This document shows, piece by piece, positions 28,001-39,008 of a stretch of 64,000 bases of DNA. Both the position numbers and the translations under genes were made by a program. Each line of letters starts with the position of its first letter. The stretch's first letter is position 1. The stretch is from Macrostomum hystrix (taxonomy: Eukaryota; Animalia; Platyhelminthes), in assembly GCA_950097015.1 (NCBI GenBank), contig CATNEN010000002.1, positions 9,345,681-9,409,680 of the forward strand, in the 5' to 3' direction. Under the pieces are notes generated by a model. That model did no database searches and was not told where the DNA came from. It saw nothing but the letters and a program-made list of their open reading frames with translations.

Positions 28001-30972
28001 CAGCGTTTTCCCGCTTGGTCTCTCGCCCTCGCCAGCCTCGAGGAAAGGTGTGCGCGACCAGCAAGTAGGTATCGATCCGCAGCCCTGCCTCCGCTGCCTC
28101 TCTGCCCCACTCTCGCTTGCGTTTCTTGTCCCTAAAACTGCTGCGGTGAATTCCTCCGTGTGGTCTCTAAGCCAGCGTGTCTGCATTTTCTCCCTTAGCC
28201 GAGCAGACACGGGCCATTAGAGGCCAAGTGGGCGGGGCAAACACGCTGTTGGCTCTTAGCACAATGCGCACTGGGTGATTAAAGTTGCCAGTTAAAATTG
28301 GGGGTGGCTTTTAGGAGCCCAAACTGGATAAATATAGTTGCAAAATTCATCGCCCCAGCACAGGCTGTGTGCAATTCCGAGATCTGCTAGAGTAGTCATT
28401 TACCTTCTCTTGAAAGGTTACTCTTCCTTCGTACCTTCTCTTCTTCAGACATCAGTCTCTCCTGGAGCTGAGCGGAGTCTGGCTTAGGTGGCGGGCCAGG
28501 ATTCTTGTGAAATTTGCTTTCGCCTTTACGCATATTGAGTGACAGTCGGTGCCAGTGGCAGGGGAGTTCGCCTAGAATGATCGCTGGAAGTTTACTCCCC
28601 CATGACGCTTGCACTGCTAGGTCAATGGCCCTCCTAAACCTATGCAGTTGGTTTTAAAGCTGCGTGTGCAGCTTTTATCAATTGATGGTTATCTTGAGTA
28701 CTACCACTTAATATATTCATATTAATAGCTTCGATCTTCATCGAGCTTTGTAGTGCATTGTCCCTTGCCTACAAGCAGTATTGGACTGAGCGTACTGACA
28801 GCTCTTAGATAAGTTAGTTAAGCAGTTGGCATTTCCTTTAGTTGTGCAGTGCGTGACTCGGCCAGCAGACGAGAAAGTTAGCGTCTCAACTGCAAGTGCC
28901 GGCTGAAGTTTCACTAAAGGCGCTACTATTTTAGTCGGTCCCTGTCCCCGCCTATGCTTATTCGAATTGCTAATGCTCCTCAGGCTTTTCCTGGTATAAA
29001 CACCGGCTTGGCCCTGCGGACCACCCGAGGAGGCCAAATGTAGGCTGTTCTCTCCAGCTAGTATCGGCATTTCCTAATACATTTACATTGCCGTCTCATT
29101 CCGCAAGCTTCAGTAGCTGCACTACTTTTTCGGATCTGTCACTGGCAGACGCAGAGTGCTGCGAATAATTTTCCTCTTTTCATCCCCCTGCTTCGTGCGA
29201 GTCCTCCAGTTTTTTTGCTGGCGCGTCTGAGGCGTCAGAAGACAGACCGATTGACAATGGCACAAAAGCCCTACGGACTTTGCGAGATCAGGTCCGAAAC
29301 GGTGTTTTGTGTAAGTGCGTGCTATCCGTGCTTCTGTGATTTGTGCCTGCGGACCGATTCCGCCCAGATTTATCATCCCTTTAATTCCCAGTTTCTGTCC
29401 AGCTGCCTGGAAGGTGTGTCGCACTGGTCCTGTCAGCAATTTTCAAAAGGAACCAGCTTTCTTTTTGTATTTTATCATGCTGTATCGTGTATATTTCCCG
29501 ACGGCCCGCGAGTTGCGTTTAGTTCAATTAATCCGGAACTTCTAAAATTCCTGGGTGCACTTTTTCGCTCCCCATTTCTCCCCTGCCACAACTGAGTGCG
29601 CGCAGTTCCTATTTCTGTTTCTTTTTGCACCGGTCTGGCAGGGCTAGGTCGGAATTGGGGGCAGGCCGATGAGAGGAGCTGGGCGGACCATTGGGACTGG
29701 CGCCCACTGTCCTTGGCAGTGTCGGTGACTCCGGCCCATCTTTTCTCCTAATTCACCCGAGCCCTCGCGGATGAATTTTGTCCATCCCTCATGCCGGCGC
29801 CCCGCCTGACCTGAATTTCCCACTGGCCTTTGCGTTTTCTTCAATCAGCCTTGCCTTGGCTGACACGACATGACCTGGGCTTTCGCATTAGCTAAACTGC
29901 CCTACACGTCTGGTAGCTGATAATGAGACACTTGGCTACTAGCTTGTATGCCTGGCATTTGTTTCAGCAACAGCCGCCGAGGCGGTCCGCACTGCTTTTC
30001 CACAAGGTGGCTTGCACAGTCTCCCCGATGTGACTCCCACTGTCTCCTCCATGGCTACTAATATTGTCAGCCCCATGCTGGCCCCACTGCTTTCCCCTAG
30101 GTGGGTGGTTCCACTGTCTCCTCCATGGTGACTCTCACTGTCTTCCTGTTTAGCTATTTATTTTGCATTGCATTGCCGTTGTGCAGCTACTAACTTATTA
30201 ATTAGCATCAATTATAGTTGCTTTATTTCCTATTTCCATGCCTTGAGTCTTATCCAGAAATAAAGTTACCTAAAATAGCAGAAGTTGAGTTAGTTCCACC
30301 GATCGATACAGAAGCAGCTTCAATGGGGCTGGCTGCAGATAGTCTTCCTGTTTTTTTCTGGCTCAGTGTGAGCTGGTTTCGGCTCGTTACCGCAGATCGA
30401 TGCAGGAGCCTGCCAGGCTTTCACTCCAGCTTTGCTTTTGCATTAATCTTTCATTCATAGTGTCGCGCGCTTGTGAGAACAGAAGACGCTTCCCTGTGTG
30501 TTCTTGGCGCCTCTGACAGGAAATTGAGACCGCTGACAAAAAACTGAAGTCCCCACCCTGCCAGCTCTCTCAGGCCGCACTCGCCTGTCCTCTTCACGTG
30601 GGCCTTCTGGAACCACAGCGGAGTCGGTTGAGCTGGTTCAGAATGGGCTTTCCCTGGCTTCGAGTTCAGCATTCAGTCTCGCCGAATGGCAATTGTTGGC
30701 AATTAGCTGTCTGTTTGGCCTCGCTCAGCTTCGATTCTACTACTTCTAGCAGTAGTCTGTTGTTCATATTTTTAACGGCCTGCACGGTAATTGATGGCAA
30801 TTCGATTCGATAAGATCTTCCCGAGGCAATAGCGCCCTATTAGATAGTCAAATCAGACTATCTGATTCTCAGATTTAGCTAGGCAGTGTATTGCTTTGTT
30901 TCGACTGCGAAGCCTGGAATAATCTTTAATTTCGGTCAGTGGCCTTTTGCCCCCGCAGCCAAGCAGCCGCAG

Positions 30973-33900
30973 ATGTCAATCAGGAGCGCAAGAAGGGCTC
31001 CGGCACCGTCAGCAGTGCGTCGAGCAGCACTGGAGGCCTCGGGCGGCCTTCTGTTTCGTCGCGGCAGCTCGTCGTCGGAGTCAAGTGCGCGGCAGCTGTG
31101 GCCATGGAGAAGCAGCAGAAACGGCAGCAGCAGTCAGCAGCAGCAGGAGCATCAGCAGCAGTCGATCATGCAGCTGCAGCCAATGAGCCAGGACGAGCTG
31201 GATTCCGCCCTGGCCGACATGATTCAGGACCTGACCTGGACGCGCGCTCCTTCCAGAACAAGACTACCGCGCACTGGCCGTCATGCTTCACACTACAAGG
31301 AGCACAAGAGCAGCGCTGAGACCGACTTCGCCACCTGCCTGGCCCTGCTGAAGCGACTCGCCGGGCGGCCCGACGGCCCTTCACCTGACGAAGCCGACAA
31401 GGGCGCCTCCCAGCTGCGCATGCACATGTCCACACTGCTGACATCACGGATGTGCGTCGCTTCGCCGACGCTGGCGGACTTCGGGCGCTCGGCCAACTGC
31501 TGAGTACTGCGCCCGCTCCGTGGTGCTGGCGGCCGGCGAGCAGGGCAAGGAGGTGCGCCAGGATGCCAGATGGGTTGGGTTGGGCAAGGTATCCCATGAT
31601 CCCAGATGGGTTGGGTTGGGCAAGTGTGTCCAGGATCCCAGATGGGTTGGGTTGGGCAAGGTGTCCCAGATCCCAGATGGTTGGGTTGGGCAAGGTGTCC
31701 CATGATCCCAGATGGGTTGGGTCGGGCAAGGTGTCCCAGGATCCCAGATGGGTTGGGTTGGGCAAGGTGTCCCAGGATCCCAGATGGGTTGGGTTGGGCA
31801 AGGTGTCCCAGGATCCCAGATGGGTTGGGTGGGCAAGGTGTCCCAGGATCCCAAATGGGATGGGAAAGGATTGCGCAGGTGTTTATAAAGGATGAGATGG
31901 AGACAGAAGTGAGCTAGCAACTTAGATATCTCAGATCCCATAGATTTTCCCCATTTTAATATATGCAAAATTGTATACCTGCTCAGCCACAAATGTTCTC
32001 TAATCCCTGATCGACTCAACCCACCACGCCAGGCCGGGCATTGGCGCAAGGCCTGCCTCAACACCCTGCTGAGCCTGCGGAAGTTCTGCGACAACAGGTG
32101 CGGCATGACTCACCTGCTGCAGCACGAGCCCCGGACCGTGTCCACCATTGTGGAGTCGCTGGGCATTGTGCCTTTCCTGCCGCCTAGCGAGTACCAGCTG
32201 GCCAGCTGCATCTTCGAGCTGCTGTCCTCCTTTCTCTTCTTCTACAAGAGCGAGCACGAGGAGCTGGCCAAGGCTCAGGTTGGTTCAAAAGTTATGGCTG
32301 ACCATAATCATCCCAGATCCCCACACCTGACCAACAATCATCCCAGATCCTCACACCTGACCATCAATCATCCCAGATACTCACACCTGACCAACAATCA
32401 TCCCAGATCCTCACACCTGACCATCAATCATCCCAGATACTCACACCTGACCATCAATCATCCCAGATACTCACACCTGACCATCAATCATCCCAGATAC
32501 TCACACCTGACCAACAATCATCCCAGATCCTCACACCTGACCAACAATTTCCAGTTCCTCACACCTGACCAACAATCATCCCAGATACTCACACCTGACC
32601 AACAATCATCCCAGATCCTCACACCTGACCAACAATTATCCAGTTCCTCACACCTGACCACAATCATCCCAGATACTCACACCTGACCAACAATCATCCC
32701 AATCCTCACACCTGACCAAAAATTATCCAGTTCCTCACACCTGACAATAATCATCCCAGATACTCACACCTGACCAATAATCATCCCACATCCTCACACC
32801 TGACCACAATCATCCCAGATACTCACACCTTACCACTCATCCCAGATCCTCACACCTGACCAACAATCATCAAGATACTCACACCTGACCAACAATCATC
32901 CCACATCCTCACACCTGACCGAATGTTATCCCGAACCTTCTTTCCTGTCCAGGTGGAGAACGCCAACACGATTGTCCTGCGTGCCTTCAGCACCTCTCGC
33001 GGCTTCATCGCTTCCGAAGGCTCCTCGGTGCCGCCAGCGTCGTCGGCGGAGTCGTCGGCAGTTCGAGCGCTGCCAGCGCCTTCGGATCCGGCGGCGGTCG
33101 CTTCTTTCAGATCCGCAACACACTGGACAAGGCCTGCGCCCTTCTCAGCCGGCCGGATGTGGGCACGGAGATCCGGCTGCGAGCCTACGACCTACTGCGC
33201 GACTGCCTGCTGTTTGTCAACACCCTGCTGGACACCTGCGAGGGCGTCCACCATCGCATGGCGGTGCGCACAGAGCTCTGGGGCTTCGGTGGCCTTCGCG
33301 CCCGCTGGCAGCTGCTGGGCCGCCTCACGCGAGATGCGCCGGACCGCCAGTGCAGGACTCAATTCGAGGTCTTCCAGGTAACTGAAGCCTTGAAATGGCC
33401 TCACGATATCCCCTATTTAGATCCCAGATATCCCTTACCTTTCCTAATCAGTTATAGCTTCTCTGAAATCAGCTTCTCAGATCCCAGTCTATCCCATATT
33501 CTCAGATCCTAGTTTATCCCATATTCTCATCTCCCAGTTTATCCCCTATGCTCAGATCCCAGTGTATCCCATATTCTCAGATCCTAGTTTTATCCCATAT
33601 TCTCACATCCCAATCTATCCCATACCTCCCTACTCAGATCCCATTGTCTCTGACATCCTATTTGCAAGCGCAGGCCTCCAAAACCCCGCACCTGCGCCCC
33701 CCCACCGCCTGCTTCCGGAGCAGGCAGACCAGGACACCCTGGAGATCAGCGATCGCTTTGAGGCCGCTGCCGCCGACTACGCGGAGTTCAGCGAGCCGGG
33801 CCGCCTGTTCGAGCTGCTGCTCCGCACGGTGCAGGGCACGGAGGCCGAGTGGTACTTCCGCAGCATCCTGCTGCACCTGCTGTTCGTGCCGGTGGACGAG

Positions 33901-36900
33901 CAGCACAAGGAGTACTTCAAGCTACTGGAGGAGCTGGTCTCACAGCTCGTGCTCACCAGGGACGGCACCTACCCTGATTTCCGCTCCAGGGATCTCCGAG
34001 TCTACTTCGACTTCGAGGCGGTCAAAGGACATGGTTACCATGGAGACCAGGGAGCGGGAGCGACTCAAAGTGCTGCTAGAGAGCAGCTGCGCGTTGACGA
34101 GTGCGAGAGGCGCGCGGCCGCCGAGGCGCTGCGGCAGCGGGCAACCGCGCTGGAGGCTCAGCTGGCCGAAGCCAATCGGCGTCTTGGCGAGGCGCAGCTG
34201 CGGCTGGGGCAGCAGGCGGGTCCCGGCGCGGGGCCGTCAGCTTGTGAGTGGCTGGGGCAGCAGGCGGGTCCCGGCGCGGGGCCGTCAGCTTGTGAGTGGC
34301 TGGGGCAGCAGGCGGGTCCCGGCGCGGGGCCGTCAGCTTGTGAGTGGCTGGGCAGCAGGCGGGTCCCGGCGCGGGCCGTCAGCTTGTGAGTGCTGGGGCA
34401 GCAGGCAGAACAAAACCTGAACCCCCTTAACAGTACAAAGACCAGGTGGGTATTTCAAATACAATTTTTTCTTGTCTCCTATCTGCCATTTCGTTTGGTA
34501 GCTATCGTGAAGTAGGCAGTGGTTATTAGAATATTAGGACTAAATACCATTAACACCTGCGGCTGGCTACTGTAAGTAAGTAGAATACGACAGAAATTCA
34601 TTTAATTATTATTTTTTAGCTTCATCAGCTGGCGCGCCTCCACCTCCGCCTCCGCTCCGCCACCACCGCCGCCGCCGCCTCCGCCACCGCCGCCACCGCC
34701 TCCGCCGCCGGCCCCGGGTTTCGCCTGTCCACTGCCGCCGCCGCCGCCACCGCCTCACGGCTTGAAGCCGAAGCCGGAGCACCGGCTGGCCAATCCGACA
34801 AAGCGGCTGAACTGGCAGCCCGTGCCGCAATCCAGCTGAGCGAGACTCCCTTTGGGTGCGCCACCATTGGCCTAGTGATGACGAGTCATTCTTCTATTGG
34901 TTTTTAAGTCATAGCTGCTCCCGCTGTTTACTCTCTGAAATTTTCAGGTGCTGATGGGAAATCAGAGGCCGAGTTCTGTGACCCCCAGCTGGTGGCCCGC
35001 GTCAGCCAGCTGTTTTCCACAAAGGCGACTGGGGCTGGCGCCGCCTTCCAGCCCGGCTCGCGTCGCGGCTCAGCATCCGAAATCGATCAAGGCGGTTCCG
35101 GAGCTACCAGCGGGCGGCGAGCCTGCCGCGTGCTGCCGCCGAAGGCCGCCGAAATCTGGGCATCGCGCTGGCCTCGCTGCGACTCAACCCGGAGGAGGCC
35201 GCCAGGCGGCTCATTGAGTGCGACGAGCAGCGGCTGCCTGTCAGCTTCCTGGAGCTGCTGTTCAGGTGAGCAACCTGAATCTCAGATCCCCAAGTTGAGT
35301 AGCCTGGATCCCAGATCCCCAAGTTGAGTACGCTGCATCCCAGATCCCCAAGTTGAGTACGCTGCATCCCAGATCCCCAGTTGAGTACCCTGCATCCCAG
35401 ATCCCCAAGTTGAGTACCCTGCATCCCAGATCCCCAAGTTGAGTACGCTGCATCCCAGATCCCCAAGTTGAGTACGCTGCATCCCAGATCCCCAAGTTGA
35501 GTACCCTGCATCCCAGATCCCCAAGTTGAGTACCCTGCATCCCAGATCCCAAAGTTGAGTACCCTGCATCCCAGATCCCCAAGTTGAGTACCCTGCATCC
35601 CAGATCCCAAAGTTGAGTACCCTGCATCCTAGATCCAAAGTTGAGTACCCTGCATCCCAGATCCAAAGATGAATACCCTGCATCCCAGATCCCCAAGTTG
35701 AGTACCCTGCATCCCAGATCCCCAAGTTGAGTACCCTGCATCCTAGATCCAAAGTTGAATACCCTGCACCCTAGATCCAAAGTTGAGTACCCTGCATCCT
35801 AGATCCAAAGTTGAGTACCCTGCACCCTAGATCCAAAGTTGAGTACCCTGCACCCTAGATCCAAAGTTGAGTACCCTGCATCCTAGATCCAAAGATGAGT
35901 ACCCTGCATCCCAGATCTCCTATTTCAATTCAGTAAATCCCAGATTTTGTGATAATTGTCCTCAATCATTCCTGAGAATGCTGAGTGAATGATTATGATT
36001 TTTTTACTGCCATATGGGATATTTCTGGATAAGTCAGCCATACAAGCCACACTACCCCAACGGTCATCGCCCGCACCCCGCAGGTCCATCCCAGAGGACG
36101 CTGATATGCGCAGCCTAGCCAGCCTGTCGGCCAGCCTGTCCGAGCTGTCCGAGGCGGAGCAGTTCCTCTGCCGACTGGGCGCCGGGCTACCCGGCCCGCC
36201 CAAGGTTGCTAGGCAACGCGTCGCTTGCCTGCTGTTCAAAATGCAACTGCCCGACCTGCTGGCGGATCTGCGGCCCGGACTGGCGGCTGCCATCGACTGC
36301 CTGCGAACTGTGCGGACCAGCCAGCGGCTGCGGCAGGTGGCGCCGAGTTGCTAGATGTGTGCTCAATGTGTGCTCAATATGTGCTCAGTTTGTGCTCAGT
36401 CTGTGCTCAATATGTGCTCAATATGTGCTCAATGTGTGCTCAATATGTGCTCAGTTTGTGCTCAGTCTGTGCTCAATATGTGCTCAATATGTGCTCAATG
36501 TGTGCTCAATATGTGCTCAGTGTGTGCTCAATGTGTGCTCAGTGTGTGCTCAGTGAGTCTCAGTGAGTCAGTGTATGCTTAATGTGTGCTCAGTGTGTGC
36601 TCAGTCTGTGCTCAGTCTGAGCTCAATGTGCGCTCAATATGTGCTCAGTGTGTGCTCAGACTGTGCTCAATGTGTGCTCAATATGTGCTCAGTGTGTGCT
36701 CAATATGTGCTAATTTTTGCTGATTGTGCTCAGTTGTACTTCTAAGCTCATGCTGATCCTTCCGCCGCAGGTGCTACTAGGCGCCCTGGCGCTCGGCAAC
36801 ATCTTGAACTCTGGCTCCCGCACTCTCGGCAGCTGCTTCGCCTTCCACGTCTCCTGCCTGCCTCAGCTGGCCAGCGTGCGCGACTCCTCCGGAGTCGTCG

Positions 36901-37833
36901 GTGGCGACGGTGGCGGCCGCAGCCTACTGTCCGTGCTGGCCGAGCAGCTGTGGCGCAAGTGGCCGGACGCACTCAACCTGCCGGACGAGCTGCGCCGGCT
37001 GGACTCGGCGGCCCGAATCACCGAGGGGCCGTGGAAGACGCCGTCAAGGAGCTGCGGGATCGCTGCCAGCTGCTGGGCGAGGCGTTGACCGCCTTCCGAC
37101 CTGCCGGACCCGCTGACAACTTCAAGGTGATAAAAATTGAGCTTTTAGTACTTTGTGCTTGCAGTCTGGCTGAGTAGGTGTTCTCAAAGCCACCCCCTCC
37201 ACACGCGCAGTCAAGCATGGAGCCGTTTCACAAGTACGCCCAGTCCGCCCTGGACTCACTGGAGCGTCCCCGGCCAGCTGCGCGAAGAGTTCCTGGCCAC
37301 CGCCGACTACCTGGCGCTTGACCCGGTCAAGTATCGGCCGGAGCAGCTGCTGACTGACCTGCGCAGCTTCCGCGACGCCTTCGAGGCGGCAGCGGCGGCC
37401 GGAGGAGCAGCGCCGGAATCGCGCGACTACCGTCGCAGCCGCCGCCGCCTCCTCCTCCAGCTCCGCGGCGGCTCGGCGCACAGCAGGCAGCAGCCGGCGG
37501 CTGGCAAGGAGAACGGCAGGACAGCGGCTGCGGCTGCGGACAGCGCCGGCCTGGTGGCCAACCTGCTGGAGGCGCTGAAGAGCGGCGCGGCATTCCACAC
37601 GCCCAGGCAGGCGGGCGCCGGTGTCGGTGGAGGCGGCCGGCGGACCCCGCGCCCAGGGCGCTGAGCGGCGCGCTCTTCTGCCGATGGGTCAGCAGGCCGA
37701 AGCCCGCCAGCGCTTCTCCACGCAGCAGCAGCAGCTGCAGCAGCATCGCCGTCGGCAGCGCCAGTGGCAGTCGGAAGCCGCGGCGGCAGCTACGGCGGCT
37801 GTGCTGGCGAGCCTGCGAGATGATTTTCAGTGA
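30973..37833 (+). CDS. DIAPH: Diaphanous-related formin (GBD/FH3, coiled coil, FH1, FH2, DAD); multi-exon, with frameshift errors
   Basis: Approximate exons: 30973-31552, ~31990-32278, 32953-33377, ~33718-34243, 34620-~34855, 34948-35265, 36084-~36336, 36771-37126, ~37213-37833. Dia-type dimerisation motif SILLHLLFVPVDEQHKEYFKLLEELVSQLVLTRDGTYPDF. Poly-Pro FH1 at 34635-34760. FH2 motifs RLNWQPVP, NLGIALASL, LSEAEQFL, LGNILNSG and EQLLTDLRSFRDAF. DAD motif LVANLLEALKSGAAF. Confidence 0.92.
31565..31862 (+). repeat. 36-bp intronic minisatellite, mirror copy, ~8 copies
   Basis: Unit gatgggttgggttgggcaaggtgtcccaggatccca. Confidence 0.96.
32298..32922 (+). repeat. 30-bp intronic minisatellite, mirror copy
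   Basis: Unit acacctgaccaacaatcatcccagatcctc, with the same variant order as 1448-2090. Confidence 0.96.
34203..34405 (+). repeat. 48-bp tandem repeat (4 copies) spanning a formin exon end and splice donor
   Basis: Unit gctggggcagcaggcgggtcccggcgcggggccgtcagcttgtgagtg translates as LGQQAGPGAGPSACEW with no stop. Each unit contains GTGAGT. Confidence 0.95.
35283..35915 (+). repeat. 28-29-bp intronic minisatellite, ~22 copies
   Basis: Unit gatccccaagttgagtaccctgcatccca drifts to gatccaaagttgagtaccctgcaccta in the distal copies. The array starts ~17 nt after the donor at 35266. Confidence 0.96.
36354..36735 (+). repeat. ~11-bp intronic minisatellite
   Basis: Units (a/g)(t/g)tgtgctca, e.g. tatgtgctcaa and tgtgtgctcag, inside a formin FH2 intron. 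Confidence 0.93.
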
Positions 37834-38468
37834 TAATTTGCTGACAAGCAATGCTCCACGGCTGCTCTGGCCTTCTGAATCATTCAACTGAATTCTGCAA
37901 GGCTATTTTAGGCATAAAGGATCAATTTCATATCATTCGGCCAGCCTCAAAGCATCCGTTTTGAATCTGGTTAATCTATTAGAAAGCATTTGTGTGTACA
38001 ATTGCCTGCTTTGCTTCCCTTGATTCAGCATTTCCTGTGTAATTATTACTGATTTAAAACTCAACTGCTCAACTTCTCCTCGATCTGTGCTCACACCCCA
38101 GCTCTGCAATAGAGATTTCTTTTAATTCTTTTTTTGTGCTCAACTTATTTTTTTAAGTTACCTTTTTGCCCCCTTTCCTGAGTGGTGGCAGGTGCACTTT
38201 TGTCACCGTAGCTGCTCACTTCGAATCGATCTGCGCACGCATTTTCGTGCTCTGATTTTCCAAGCTTTTCTCTACCGTACATCAGATTCTGAGTCAGGCG
38301 GATTAGTAAGTATATAAGCAGCTGAGCACTTGACTCTACAGATCAATCAGATTTGCAGCTGCACTGGAGGGAATTGCAGTTTAAATCAGTGCGGATATCT
38401 GCGTCTTCTGCTATTTTGAGTTATTATCAAATATCAATAGCTTGGGATCACTTTACAGTACCGGGATA

Positions 38469-38650
38469 CATCATAGCACCAGGCACAATGGACTCAACAT
38501 TGCAACAGTCACAATGAACTCATCATTGCACCAGTCACAATGAACTCATCATTGCACCAGTCACAATGCAATCATCAAAGCACCTATCACAATGGAATCA
38601 TCATAGCACCAGTCACAATGCACTCATCAAAGCACCTATCACAATGGACT
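38469..38650 (+). repeat. 26-bp tandem repeat, ~7 degenerate copies
   Basis: catcattgcaccagtcacaatgaact at 38521 and 38547, with variants on both sides. Confidence 0.88.
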
Positions 38651-39008
38651 CATCTCACTGCCATAAATACAACTGAGTGTTTTTGAGTAGGTAATCAGGT
38701 AAATTATCTGAGTTGAGGCCTTCACGCATTATACTTCAATCCAAGCAGTGTTGATTCACTCTTGATTTCGCCCTAGCAGCAGAAGACTCACCGATTGCAG
38801 CTGTTGCTTGAACTGGTCCACTTTCTGCTAAGCAGATCCGGGTAACCCGAGACTGTCCTGTCACTTGTCTCTGAGCTCCGAATAAACACGCGGCGGTCCC
38901 ACTGCAGTTCGATTTAAGTAGAAAAATAAAAATACGATTTCACCCGTAAGATTGGACATTAGACAAGAGCAGAACCACTTCTAAGCAAGTTTTTGTCTGC
39001 TTAATGAC

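Larger units (their letters stand above)
17264..34359. repeat. Right arm of giant inverted duplication
   Basis: Begins atgggatgtggcaaagtatattggcctag, the reverse complement of ctaggccaatatactttgccacatcccat ending at 17240. The mirror of window position 1 falls in the 48-bp repeat near 34359. Confidence 0.97.
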
